This document shows positions 1 through 9,587 of a DNA stretch of 64,000 nucleotides, piece after piece. Where the stretch lies: NCBI GenBank assembly GCA_963977015.1, contig CAXBMO010000010.1, positions 96,001 to 160,000 of the forward strand. Reading direction: 5' to 3'. Made by a program: the position numbers and the translations under genes. Below the pieces are notes generated by a model. That model did not search any database. It had not been told where the DNA came from and saw only the letters and a list, made by a program, of their open reading frames with translations. How positions within the stretch are numbered: the first letter of the stretch is position 1; each line of letters begins with the position of its first letter. This DNA comes from an uncultured bacterium (GTDB lineage: Bacteria; Verrucomicrobiota; Verrucomicrobiia; Verrucomicrobiales; DEV007).

Positions 1-920
1 ATTGGCTGACTTCAAAAGAGAACCCGCGGTTTACGATCAACCTGGTCAATCGGCTTTGGAAATTCGTCTTCGGGCTGGGCCAGATTGAGCCGGTTTACAA
101 CATCCCGGGTCACCTCGACGGGCAGGCGCAGAATTACAAGCTCCTCACCTATTTGGAGAGCCTGATGAAGGATCTGGACTACGACGTGAAGGATTTTCTC
201 CGCGTGCTCTACAATACGGAAACGTATCAACGGGAGGCCTGTTCGGAATCTCCAACCATGGCGATGATCGATAAGGGGCGATACCATTTTCCGGCTCCCA
301 TTCTGCGGCGAATGAGCTCCGAGCAAATGTGGGATTCGCTCGTTGCGCTGACCACGGAGAATCCGGAGAGTTACCAAGCGAGGGTTCTGGAGGACTACCG
401 CCAGTTGATGAGCGTGGATTTCACGAAGATGAGCGGGAAAGAAGCGCTCAAATTCCGGGACGAATTCAAAAAACTGAACCAAAACGGTCTCGGCATGGAT
501 TCTCAGCCCAGCCGCGTCGGTGGAGAAGTGATGGTGAGAGCCTCCGAGATGAGCCTTCCCGCCAATGATCGGCATTTCCTGAACATGTTTGGTCAGTCTG
601 ACAAGCTTCTCACCGACAACGGCAATCAGTTGGGCTCCATTCCACAAGTTCTCATGATGATGAATGGGAAGCTGACGAATGAGACGCTGAGCGATGCCAA
701 GTCTCAAATCATGAAGAACGCAGGGAGCATTCGCGGAAAGGGGGATACGGTTGAGGCGATTTTTCTCAGCATTTTGAGCCGCTACCCGACTCCGGAAGAG
801 CGTTCGATCGCGCAGCGCAGCCTGAAGCGGGATCGGAACGATGATTCGGTCGAACAAGCCGGTTATGCGAATTTGATCTGGGCACTATTGAACACCCGGG
901 AATTCATGTTTATCCAATGA
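1..920 (+). CDS. DUF1553 (PSD1)-domain protein, 5'-truncated by the window edge
   Basis: Frame open from position 3 (WLTSKENPRFTINLVNRLWKFVFG). Has RRMSSEQMWDSL and a C-terminal LIWALLNTREFMF typical of DUF1553. Overlaps the DUF1501 gene (ATGA). Confidence 0.85.
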   Translation, partial: WLTSKENPRFTINLVNRLWKFVFGLGQIEPVYNIPGHLDGQAQNYKLLTYLESLMKDLDYDVKDFLRVLYNTETYQREACSESPTMAMIDKGRYHFPAPILRRMSSEQMWDSLVALTTENPESYQARVLEDYRQLMSVDFTKMSGKEALKFRDEFKKLNQNGLGMDSQPSRVGGEVMVRASEMSLPANDRHFLNMFGQSDKLLTDNGNQLGSIPQVLMMMNGKLTNETLSDAKSQIMKNAGSIRGKGDTVEAIFLSILSRYPTPEERSIAQRSLKRDRNDDSVEQAGYANLIWALLNTREFMFIQ

Positions 921-2209
921 GCGCCGAACTGAATCGATGGAGTCGACTGGCCCGGCGCGACTTCTCGCGAATCGCGGCAAAATCTCTGTTGGGAGTGAGT
1001 GTCCTGCCGGGTGCGTCACAACTAATGGGGCAATCGAAAGCCGCCCGCGCCAGGAAGGTCATCTATTTCTATCTCTCCGGTGGGATGAGTCACATTGATT
1101 CGTTCGATCCCAAACCGGGTTCTGAGGTTCAGGGGCCAACGGAGGCAATCGGCACCTCTGCGGGCTTTCAGCTTTCCGCAAATTTTCAAGCGGTCGCTTC
1201 TCAGAGTGATCGGTTCAGTGTCATTCGAACCATGACCTCGCAAACCGGCGACCATCAGGGAGGCCGCTACTATGTCCGCACCGGTTACAAGCGGCTCGCT
1301 TCCATCGTTCATCCGGACCTCGCGGCGTGGAAGAAGAAACTGGCCCCCATGCAGAAAAAGTCGACCCTTCCATTCTGGGTGTCGATTCGCGATGGAAGTT
1401 TTCCCGGTGATGGATTCATGGGCCCCAATTTTGCTCCGGTGCCGTTGGGGAACCCCACCAGTGGCCTGCCGAATTCCCTGCCCATGGTCGATGAAGGCGC
1501 GTTCCAGGAGCGTCTCGAAATGGTGAACACCTTTAACGAAATGTTTACGAGGCGATTTCGCACCAAGGAAGTTCGAGCCTACAACGAGTTTTACGAGCAC
1601 GCGCTGAAATTGATGACGAGTGAGGACTTGGATGCGTTCGATCTCTCGAAGATGCCAACATCCAGACGCGAAAAATTTGGTAGTGGTCAGGGAGCCGACG
1701 CGGCAGCTTTGGCGGTTCAGCTAAACGAGAACGACGTCGAATATGTCCATGTCAATTGGGGGGGATGGGACAATCACAGCGGGATTTTCGAATCAGGCCC
1801 TTCGCGGAATTTTCAGGGCCTCTCTCAAGCTCTCGCCGGAACCTTGGAAGAGGTGAACCTGGAGGATACGATGGTCGTTTTGGCGACGGAGTTCGGCCGA
1901 AGCCCAAGAATCAACGAAAATCGGGGTCGGGACCATCATCCCCTGGCGTTCAGCGCGCTTGTTGCTGGAGCGGGAATCAAAGGTGGGCAGGCCTACGGTC
2001 GAACCGACAAAAACGCTTATGCGGTGGAGGACGATCCGGTCAGGCCGGAGGATTTCAACGCGACATTGGCGACTGCGATGGGAATCCCAATCGACAAAGT
2101 CGTCTTTTCTCCATCCGGGCGGCCATTCCTTGTTGCCGGGCATTCGGAAGACCCGAAAACGCGCCAAATTGTTCCCGTCGGCCAGCCCGTTCGAGAGCTG
2201 TTGAGCTGA
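917..2209 (+). CDS. DUF1501 domain protein
   Basis: Twin-arginine-like RRDF leader; GGMSHIDSFDPK, GGWDNH and TEFGRSPRIN...GRDH motifs. Confidence 0.9.
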   Translation: MSAELNRWSRLARRDFSRIAAKSLLGVSVLPGASQLMGQSKAARARKVIYFYLSGGMSHIDSFDPKPGSEVQGPTEAIGTSAGFQLSANFQAVASQSDRFSVIRTMTSQTGDHQGGRYYVRTGYKRLASIVHPDLAAWKKKLAPMQKKSTLPFWVSIRDGSFPGDGFMGPNFAPVPLGNPTSGLPNSLPMVDEGAFQERLEMVNTFNEMFTRRFRTKEVRAYNEFYEHALKLMTSEDLDAFDLSKMPTSRREKFGSGQGADAAALAVQLNENDVEYVHVNWGGWDNHSGIFESGPSRNFQGLSQALAGTLEEVNLEDTMVVLATEFGRSPRINENRGRDHHPLAFSALVAGAGIKGGQAYGRTDKNAYAVEDDPVRPEDFNATLATAMGIPIDKVVFSPSGRPFLVAGHSEDPKTRQIVPVGQPVRELLS

Positions 2210-2245
2210 CTCGCTTCAATCTCCGTTCAGGGCGAACGGCAAGTC

Positions 2246-3508
2246 TTACATGAAGCTGTTGAACGGTCCCCGGGCTTTCTTCACCTCGGGCTCCTCAGCC
2301 GGCAGTTCGGTGTCATCTCCCAACAGGCTCGACCCGAAATCGCTGGCCGAATCGTTGAGTTTGGAGAGCAGTTCGTTGCCCAAACTGGTCGGATCAGAAG
2401 ACTCCGGAGCGCTGGGCGCATCTGCCGTTCCTGATGCGAATGAGCGAAGTTCATCAATCGAATCCCAATCCGCTGAATCACCGGCTTCTTCATGGATCTC
2501 ATCGATCAGAGTGAACGCCTGGGTCGCTGATTTAAGCACTGAGAGAACTTCCACATCCTTGGATGCACGGCGCATTTCCGCCAGTTTTTGCTCAAGTTCG
2601 TCGCAGTAGCTTTGGAGAGATTCGACCTTGTTCATTAGTAGTGGATTCGGAGTGCGCTCAGGAAGTGACTCGGCTTCAGGGGCCGACACGTCGAGCGATT
2701 TTTTTTCGTTGTCAAGAATGGGGAAAGATTCCACCGAAGGCACCGTTTCGATCGGTGCTGGTTCAGTTCCTTTAACGCGATCACTTACCAAATTGGACGC
2801 CGCGGTTGTGGCTGCGATCCCGATTCCTGCTTTTCCCAAGTCATCCAAGGGAGAATCATCATCGAAATTCGTCTTCGCAAAGGCATCCTCATCAACCTTC
2901 AGCGTATCCAGTTTCTCCGGGATCGAAGAAGCGGGTTCCTCTGATTTGTCTTCGGGGAGAACGGGTGAAGTCGGCTCTAACTCTTCTGCAACTGTTTCCA
3001 ACTCAGGATCGTTTCCGGCGAGTTCGACAAGTTTGTGGTCGAGCCAGTGAGCTTCCATGACCGCGCGAACCAGGCCATATTGAGGATCAGAACTGAGGGT
3101 GTCGGGGGCGTTGTTGGAATTGACGGTTTCGAGAACCGCTTCCGGCGGGTTTGGCGACAGCCGTCCGCGTTCTGCGCGAACCCATTCAATCACGCTTTTG
3201 AGGAGGTCAGGATTTCCTTGGGCAAGGTATTTGGTAATCGTGTCCTGCATCAGGCTCTTGTTCTCAAGCAGGGTGCTGTCCAGCTTTTCGCGAACGGGAG
3301 GAAGCTGCCGTTCGGCAATCATCTCACGGCGAAGCTCGCCCTGGAGGAGTCCCGATTCGCTCAGCCAGTTCTCGAAATTATCATCCGTAAAACGGTGGCG
3401 AGCGGTAAACCGCATGATCTTTGCCTTCTCGCCTTCAGCGAGGTTTTGATAGGCGTCTCGAATAGCATCTAGCCCTTCCAGGCTTGGCGAAGTTGTTGGG
3501 TCACTCAT
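2246..3508 (-). CDS. hypothetical acidic protein with a low-complexity middle and a short coiled coil
   Basis: Long ORF filling the gap between the two DUF1501 genes. Start at MSDPTT is a guess. No family recognised. Confidence 0.65.
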   Translation of the reverse strand: MSDPTTSPSLEGLDAIRDAYQNLAEGEKAKIMRFTARHRFTDDNFENWLSESGLLQGELRREMIAERQLPPVREKLDSTLLENKSLMQDTITKYLAQGNPDLLKSVIEWVRAERGRLSPNPPEAVLETVNSNNAPDTLSSDPQYGLVRAVMEAHWLDHKLVELAGNDPELETVAEELEPTSPVLPEDKSEEPASSIPEKLDTLKVDEDAFAKTNFDDDSPLDDLGKAGIGIAATTAASNLVSDRVKGTEPAPIETVPSVESFPILDNEKKSLDVSAPEAESLPERTPNPLLMNKVESLQSYCDELEQKLAEMRRASKDVEVLSVLKSATQAFTLIDEIHEEAGDSADWDSIDELRSFASGTADAPSAPESSDPTSLGNELLSKLNDSASDFGSSLLGDDTELPAEEPEVKKARGPFNSFM

Positions 3509-3718
3509 TGGAGTTGGCGAAGTTTTTGTGTAAACTTGGCTCAGGTACTCAAAAGCAGGAGCAAGTTTCAGGTTTCTCTGAAAAGATCGTTTACATCGTG
3601 AAGTTGTCAGCATCAATTTATAAAAAATTCAGCCTGTCAGGAGGATCGTTGTAATGAATTGTCGGGTTGCGAACTGAAGAGGATGCTCTCAGGTTGAATT
3701 GAATCACCAAAAAGCCCC

Positions 3719-4999
3719 ATGAATCGTCGAAATTTCCTTCACGCCGCCTCCAGTTCCCTCGGGATGGGAACCCTTGCCGCGAGTAGCTCTTCTCCTTCAC
3801 TGGCCCATCTAGGCGGCAAGGCTGAGCACTGTATCATGTTCTGGCTGGGCGGAGGAATGGCCCAGATCGATACGTTTGATCCCAAGAAGCTGGGAGACGC
3901 GAAAGCGAGAAAAGCGGGTTCCTACTATCCCTCCATTGAGACTTCAGTTCCTGGAGTCCGAGTCTGTGAGCACTTGAAGAGGACGGCCAAAGTGATGGAA
4001 CATGTGACCGCGCTCAGGACTGTTCATCATGATGTGATCGACGAGCATGCGGCGGCAACGAACCGCATGCATACGGGACGGAAGACAAGCGGAACTGTCG
4101 TCTATCCTTCGCTCGGTTCGATTGTGGCCGGCGAGTTGGGAGCCGTGAACGAGAAGGTTCCCGCCTACATGCTGATCGGATATCCCAATCTGACTCGTGG
4201 GCCCGGATTTTTGGGGCAGAAAGCGGGATTTGTCTATCTGTCGGATATTGAAGCCGGTCCATCCGGATTGGCCCGGCCGGATTTTGTGACCGACGCACGC
4301 CAGAAGCGACGAGAGAAACTGCTGAGAGCCGTTCGGAAGTCTGGCAGGTCGCGTTTTGGTGAGGATGATCTGTTCTCAAGCTACGATACGGCGATTGGAG
4401 AGAGTCTGCGGCTTTCCGGGCCCGATTTCATGAGGACGTTTGATTTGAGCGATGAGTCTGACGCCATTCGAAATTTCTATGGTGGTGAGTTTGGGCAACG
4501 CTGTCTCTTGGCGCGACGACTCACCGAATCCGGAGTGCGCTTTATTGAAGTTTCCCACAACATGAACTTCCGCAATGGAACGGGATGGGATACCCACAAT
4601 GATGGGCAACTGAACCAACACCTGTTGATTCAAGAATTGGATCAGGCGCTGAGTGCCCTGATCATTGATTTGGAACAGCGGGGAAGGCTCGACAGCACCC
4701 TGATCATCATCAACACCGAGTTCGGGCGTCCCGCACAGTTTGATTCAGGAGGCGGGAGAGGACATCACTCGAAATGTATGTCGGTGGTCTTGGCGGGAGG
4801 TGGGCTGAGCCATCGCGGCGCCTATGGCGTCAGCGACGAAAATGCGATGGAGGTGGTCGAATCCCCGGTTGGGGTTCCCGACTTTTTCGCGACGGCATTG
4901 GCGGCAATGAAGATTGATCCGACGAAGAATCTCTACGATGGGGACCGACCTGTTCCGATTACGGACATGGGGCAGCCAATTTCTGCCCTTTTCTCGTGA
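3719..4999 (+). CDS. DUF1501 domain protein (Tat signal)
   Basis: MNRRNFL leader; [17 protein letters not shown] and TEFGRP...GRGHH motifs. Confidence 0.9.
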   Translation: MNRRNFLHAASSSLGMGTLAASSSSPSLAHLGGKAEHCIMFWLGGGMAQIDTFDPKKLGDAKARKAGSYYPSIETSVPGVRVCEHLKRTAKVMEHVTALRTVHHDVIDEHAAATNRMHTGRKTSGTVVYPSLGSIVAGELGAVNEKVPAYMLIGYPNLTRGPGFLGQKAGFVYLSDIEAGPSGLARPDFVTDARQKRREKLLRAVRKSGRSRFGEDDLFSSYDTAIGESLRLSGPDFMRTFDLSDESDAIRNFYGGEFGQRCLLARRLTESGVRFIEVSHNMNFRNGTGWDTHNDGQLNQHLLIQELDQALSALIIDLEQRGRLDSTLIIINTEFGRPAQFDSGGGRGHHSKCMSVVLAGGGLSHRGAYGVSDENAMEVVESPVGVPDFFATALAAMKIDPTKNLYDGDRPVPITDMGQPISALFS

Positions 5000-5671
5000 T
5001 CAATCGACGTCGGAAATCACGATCCGTAGTCCAGCATCCGTGAGTTCAATTGCTGAAACCCGGGATAGAACCGTTTGAAGCTCCTTCTGTGAGGAGTCGA
5101 TCCGGAACATGTGGAGTTCCCGGAATACCCCGATAAAGTCAGCAGGCACCTCTTTGCCGGGAACCTGAATGTCTTGGAGCATCAGTTGCCACTCATTGGT
5201 TCCGGACTCCTCCGGGATGAAGTGGAAGAAGCCATTCAGATAGCGCTTACCACCGCCGAGTTTCCGGATTTCCTGGCTTTTTTGCGCGACCAAAGCGGTT
5301 GAATCGATGGACTCGATCAGGGTGTTGCCGCGGAGGCTTTCGAGGAGGGGCTGTTTTGAAATCAAGTGGTTGAGTTCGGTTGCCGAAAGAACGATTTCAG
5401 CAGCAGTTCCGCTATTGGCAGCGGTATTCAGGGTCTCAAGCTTGAGGTTCAGTTCCTCGGTCTCGTAATTGCTGGGAGAAGGAAGGGTGATTTCGACCGG
5501 CGTGCTGTCCGTAATCTTTGCCAGTTGTTTGTTTTGCAGAAAACCGGTGACTGCGACGCATGTCCCCAAACTCAAAAGAACGGTGATCGCCACGATGGGA
5601 ATCATGCAGCCCATCCAGGATGGTTCGCCTCGCTGTGGTTCTGATGGGGGGGGTTGGCTGGATTCGGTCAT
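5000..5671 (-). CDS. hypothetical membrane-anchored protein
   Basis: N-terminal hydrophobic helix (GCMIPIVAITVLLSLG) followed by a soluble domain. Confidence 0.7.
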   Translation of the reverse strand: MTESSQPPPSEPQRGEPSWMGCMIPIVAITVLLSLGTCVAVTGFLQNKQLAKITDSTPVEITLPSPSNYETEELNLKLETLNTAANSGTAAEIVLSATELNHLISKQPLLESLRGNTLIESIDSTALVAQKSQEIRKLGGGKRYLNGFFHFIPEESGTNEWQLMLQDIQVPGKEVPADFIGVFRELHMFRIDSSQKELQTVLSRVSAIELTDAGLRIVISDVD

Positions 5672-5868
5672 GGTTTCGTATGCGGAATGTGACTCAAAAA
5701 GTTTGGTGTAAGCTGGGCTTGGTTTAGATGATCTAAAGCACAGAAGTAATTGATGAAGCTGGTAATTATGGTTATCTTAAAAAGAAACCATTGACCATTG
5801 AATGGCAGCTTTGCTCGAGCATTCGTGCGAGTCTACCACACCTAGCCAATCAATCGCCTGGAGGAAAC

Positions 5869-6213
5869 ATGAAACTAAACCTGATAAAACTCACTGTAGT
5901 GTCCGCCGTTCTTGGTGGATTTACCGCCCAATCGGCCCAAGCAGACGATCTTGCAACCCAGTATATGTTGGATCGTGAAGCGCAGTCCATTTTGCGCAGC
6001 TCCGAGTCCGCCGAAGCGCGCCGCATCCCGGCATTTGTTCGGATCGACAAGGGATTGACCGTCTATTCGCAAGAAAGCCATAGCGATGCGATGAGCCGCC
6101 ATGATGAAACTCGTTCTCGCGTCTTCGCGCTTCACTCCATCTGTGGCAAGCCGGCCAAGTTGATTGCAGGCCACGGGCTCGCTCCGAACCTACATCGGAT
6201 TACGCGACGGTAA
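5869..6213 (+). CDS. small hypothetical exported protein
   Basis: GGAGG Shine-Dalgarno just before ATG 5869; signal peptide ending AQA; downstream terminator. Confidence 0.65.
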   Translation: MKLNLIKLTVVSAVLGGFTAQSAQADDLATQYMLDREAQSILRSSESAEARRIPAFVRIDKGLTVYSQESHSDAMSRHDETRSRVFALHSICGKPAKLIAGHGLAPNLHRITRR

Positions 6214-6239
6214 GCGCCCGGGAATTCCCGATATTTTCG

Positions 6240-6274
6240 AAAACCTCGTTGGCCATGGTCAGCGAGGTTTTTTT
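6240..6274 (+). terminator. intrinsic terminator
   Basis: AAACCTCGTTGGCC-AT-GGTCAGCGAGGTTT hairpin followed by a T run; lies between convergent genes. Confidence 0.7.
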
Positions 6275-6333
6275 GTCGATAGGTTTGGACCAAAGCGGCG
6301 GTTTCACTTTCTCAGCGAAGCGGGAAATTCGCC

Positions 6334-7542
6334 CTATCTCAAGCGTTCGATCGCTTCGTCAACAATACGGGATCCAATACTGAGGGACGCCGTTGCTGCG
6401 GGTGAAGGGGCGTTACACACATTGATCACCCTTTCGTGCGGCAGAATCAGAAAGTCGTCAATCAAGCTTCCATCGTCGCCGATGGCTTGAGCGCGAACTC
6501 CGGCCGGGGCTGAACTGATTTGGTAGCTTTGGAGCTCCGGTAACAACCGCTGCAAGGCCTTGACAAAGGCGGCTTTGCTGAAACTGCGCCACATCTCCGA
6601 TAGCCCCATCTGCCAGTATTTCGATGCCATCCGGAGAAAGCCGGGATAGGTGAGGGTCTCCACGAGTTCCCCGGGGTTGATCGTTCGCTTCCGATAGCCT
6701 TCCCGGGCAAAGGCGAGCACGGCATTGGGGCCACACTCAACGCCGCCGCCAATCATGCGAGTGAAGTGGACTCCCAGAAACGGGAAACTGGGATCCGGAA
6801 CCGGGTAGATCAAATTGTTCACCAAACCGGATGCATCAGGATCGAGGTCAAAATACTCGCCCCGAAACGGAATAATCTTTGCCTTGGGATTGACCCCTGA
6901 CTTTCGCGCCATCACATCAGAATAAAGGCCCGCACAATTGATCGCGACTCTTGCCTCGAAGGTTCCCTGGTGAGTTTCTAGCACGACGCGATTGCCGTTT
7001 TGAGCGATATCTTCGACCTTCGCGTTGCCAACAAATTCGCCTCCCATTTCATGCACCCGCTGGGCCATGCGCTCGCAAACGGCCACATAGTCGACGATTC
7101 CAGCTTCGGGAACATGGATGGCTTCAATGCCTGCGGCATGGGGCTCCAACTCCTTCAGTCGAAACTTATCAATGAGCTCGCAACGCACTCCATTTTGCTG
7201 GCCGCGTTCGTAGATTGCCTTCAGTCGGCCGCGCTCTTCCTGATCCACTGCAACAATGACTTTGCCGCAAAGTTCAAAGGGGATCCCTTCCACTTCGCAG
7301 AAACGTTCCATCGCCGCTTTCCCATTTCGACAATTTGTCGCTTTGAGAGATCCGGGTTGGTAATAGATGCCGGAGTGGAGAACGCCGGAATTGTGCCCGG
7401 TCTGGTGGATGGCGAGCTTCGGCTCCTTTTCGACGACCGTGAGTGAATGGCCTGGGAGCGTCTTGAGAAGCTGATATGCTGTCGCAAGGCCGACAATGCC
7501 GCCGCCGATGATTACGACATCTTTATTTTTAACATTCCCCAC
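6334..7542 (-). CDS. lhgO: L-2-hydroxyglutarate oxidase
   Basis: GGGIVG FAD motif; HQTGHNSGVLHSGIYY, PFRGEY, FPFLGVHFT and NAPSPAAT. Confidence 0.9.
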   Translation of the reverse strand: MGNVKNKDVVIIGGGIVGLATAYQLLKTLPGHSLTVVEKEPKLAIHQTGHNSGVLHSGIYYQPGSLKATNCRNGKAAMERFCEVEGIPFELCGKVIVAVDQEERGRLKAIYERGQQNGVRCELIDKFRLKELEPHAAGIEAIHVPEAGIVDYVAVCERMAQRVHEMGGEFVGNAKVEDIAQNGNRVVLETHQGTFEARVAINCAGLYSDVMARKSGVNPKAKIIPFRGEYFDLDPDASGLVNNLIYPVPDPSFPFLGVHFTRMIGGGVECGPNAVLAFAREGYRKRTINPGELVETLTYPGFLRMASKYWQMGLSEMWRSFSKAAFVKALQRLLPELQSYQISSAPAGVRAQAIGDDGSLIDDFLILPHERVINVCNAPSPAATASLSIGSRIVDEAIERLR

Positions 7543-7750
7543 AAGTAAGTCTAAGGCTAGGATGTTAGTTTGGCTAGAACCAAAATCTGAAGCGGAAAGG
7601 TGAACTTGGAACCCTGAAGCCGATTGCTTGCCAACGTAGAGGCTGATCGCGAAATTTTCGATTGATTCCGAAAGAAGGACTCTCTTCTCTTGACCGAACG
7701 CATGCTTAAAAGTTTAGGTAGGATTCATTTTTCAATATGGGACCAGCATT

Positions 7751-8170
7751 ATGAATCGCGTTACTCACTTCGAAATTCATGCAGAAGATCCAGAGCGAGC
7801 CATCGCTTTTTATGAAGCGGTTTACAATTGGCAGTTCGAAAAATGGGACAATTACGACTACTGGGAGATTCAGACGGGTGATGAGGATGATTACGGCATT
7901 GATGGGGGATTGGTGAAACGTCAGGGAAAGGCCTTTGGTAAGAACGTTATTTCCTTTGTGTCCACAATCGAGGTCGAGTCTGTTTCCGACACCTTGGACT
8001 TGGTCGAATTGCACGGCGGGAAAATCGCATCGCCGAAACGCGTGGTCCCCGGCGAAGGCTGGGTGGCCTATTTCAAAGATACCGAAGGAAATATTGCCGG
8101 GCTTTTTGAGCCTGATGAGGATGCTGCGGAAGAGCGTCTCCGTCCTGATGATGACGACGACGAGGATTGA
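7751..8170 (+). CDS. VOC/glyoxalase family protein
   Basis: VTHFEIHAEDPERA...FY and AYFKDTEGN; acidic tail. Confidence 0.9.
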   Translation: MNRVTHFEIHAEDPERAIAFYEAVYNWQFEKWDNYDYWEIQTGDEDDYGIDGGLVKRQGKAFGKNVISFVSTIEVESVSDTLDLVELHGGKIASPKRVVPGEGWVAYFKDTEGNIAGLFEPDEDAAEERLRPDDDDDED

Positions 8171-8185
8171 GGCGGAGCCGGTGTT

Positions 8186-9574
8186 TTAGCCGAGCCCCGC
8201 CAACGTTCCGGTGCTGTCGCCAAACTTCTTGAGATCAGCGCCCGCGTTGTGCGCGAGGCTAACGAGCAAGTTGCACATTGGAGTATTTTCGGGAGCGCGG
8301 ACGCGCCTGCCGCTCCGGAGCTGTCCCTTCGCCCCGCCTGCAACGATGAGAGGGAGATCATGCGGATCGTGGCGGTTTCCATCTTTGAGCGAAGACCCAA
8401 AAAGGATCTGGCTGTTGTCGAGCAAGGACGAGCCACCTTCATCCAGCGAGCGCATCCGATTAAGGAGATAGGCAAATTGGCTCACATGCCAGGTTCCGAT
8501 TTTCTCATACTCCTCCTTCAATTCAGGTTCGTTCCGATGATGAGAAAGGCCGTGGAAACTCTTCTTTCGAACGCCCGGAATGAAGTCGAATTGGCGTCCG
8601 GTCTGTGCGTTTCCGAACATGAAACTACCGATCCGGGTGGTATCGGTCCAGAAGGCCAGCACCATGATCTCAAGCATCAGTTTCACATGCTCTTCATGAT
8701 CGTCCGGCGTGTCCGGGGCCGGGCGCGCCATTTTCAATTGCTTCGCGTTGACCCATCGTGGTTGAGGTTTCATCGCTCGTTCAATGCGCTGCTCCACCGA
8801 TCGAACGCTTTCCAGATATTCGTCCAACTTGGTTTGATCGTGTTTGCTGATTCGGCGTTGTAGGGATTTGGCGTCCTCCAGAACGAGGTCCAGGATGCTG
8901 GAGTCGTCGCGCTGCAATGAATGGCGGACAGCCGGAGAATCGGGCCCCATTCCCGGCACTTCAGGAAACGTGTTTTTGCTCCGGAAAAGGCGATCGAAGG
9001 CCTGCTGGGGCGAAATCTCTTTTTGAACCGGGGTGTGGGGATCTTTCCACGAGATGTGAGAACCAAGAATTCTCGGGAATCCTCCTCCAACGTTGTCGAT
9101 TCCCGAACTCGCGGCATCAACGCCAAGCTCAATGCTTGGGAGCGCCGTCCGGTGACCTATTTGCCGGGCGAGGAGCTGGTCGATAGAGGTTCCCCCCGTG
9201 TCGAGATCAGCCCCCGAGCCGCGTTCAACGTAGCCGCCCGAGAGCCAGGCCGGAACTTTGGGCCAGTGGCCATTGCGTCCGACCGTTTCGCGATGCCAGA
9301 GGTTTTCGAGCAGCAGAAATTCCTGTTTCAGGTTTTCGAGAGGCTTGAGCATCGGTGTGGTCTGCCAATTTTCAGGCTCTCCTTCAATATCCGCCGGTGT
9401 CCAATGCTCGGGAACCACCCCGTTGGGGAAAAAGAGAAAGGCAGAGCGAAGTGGCGGTTCGGAAAGTTTCAGGTTCCTGGTCGGGCCTGAAGCTCCAAAA
9501 GACTCCATCCACGGCAACGCCAGCGTGGCTCCAAGACCTCTCAACAGATTACGGCGTGTGGTTTTTTGGTTCAT
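8186..9574 (-). CDS. DUF1552 domain protein
   Basis: RRNLLRGLGATLALPWMES leader; FFPNG, SIDQ, KLDEYLESVRSVE, HGLSHH and DGNRHDP. Confidence 0.9.
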   Translation of the reverse strand: MNQKTTRRNLLRGLGATLALPWMESFGASGPTRNLKLSEPPLRSAFLFFPNGVVPEHWTPADIEGEPENWQTTPMLKPLENLKQEFLLLENLWHRETVGRNGHWPKVPAWLSGGYVERGSGADLDTGGTSIDQLLARQIGHRTALPSIELGVDAASSGIDNVGGGFPRILGSHISWKDPHTPVQKEISPQQAFDRLFRSKNTFPEVPGMGPDSPAVRHSLQRDDSSILDLVLEDAKSLQRRISKHDQTKLDEYLESVRSVEQRIERAMKPQPRWVNAKQLKMARPAPDTPDDHEEHVKLMLEIMVLAFWTDTTRIGSFMFGNAQTGRQFDFIPGVRKKSFHGLSHHRNEPELKEEYEKIGTWHVSQFAYLLNRMRSLDEGGSSLLDNSQILFGSSLKDGNRHDPHDLPLIVAGGAKGQLRSGRRVRAPENTPMCNLLVSLAHNAGADLKKFGDSTGTLAGLG

Positions 9575-9587
9575 GGCAGGGGAAAAT

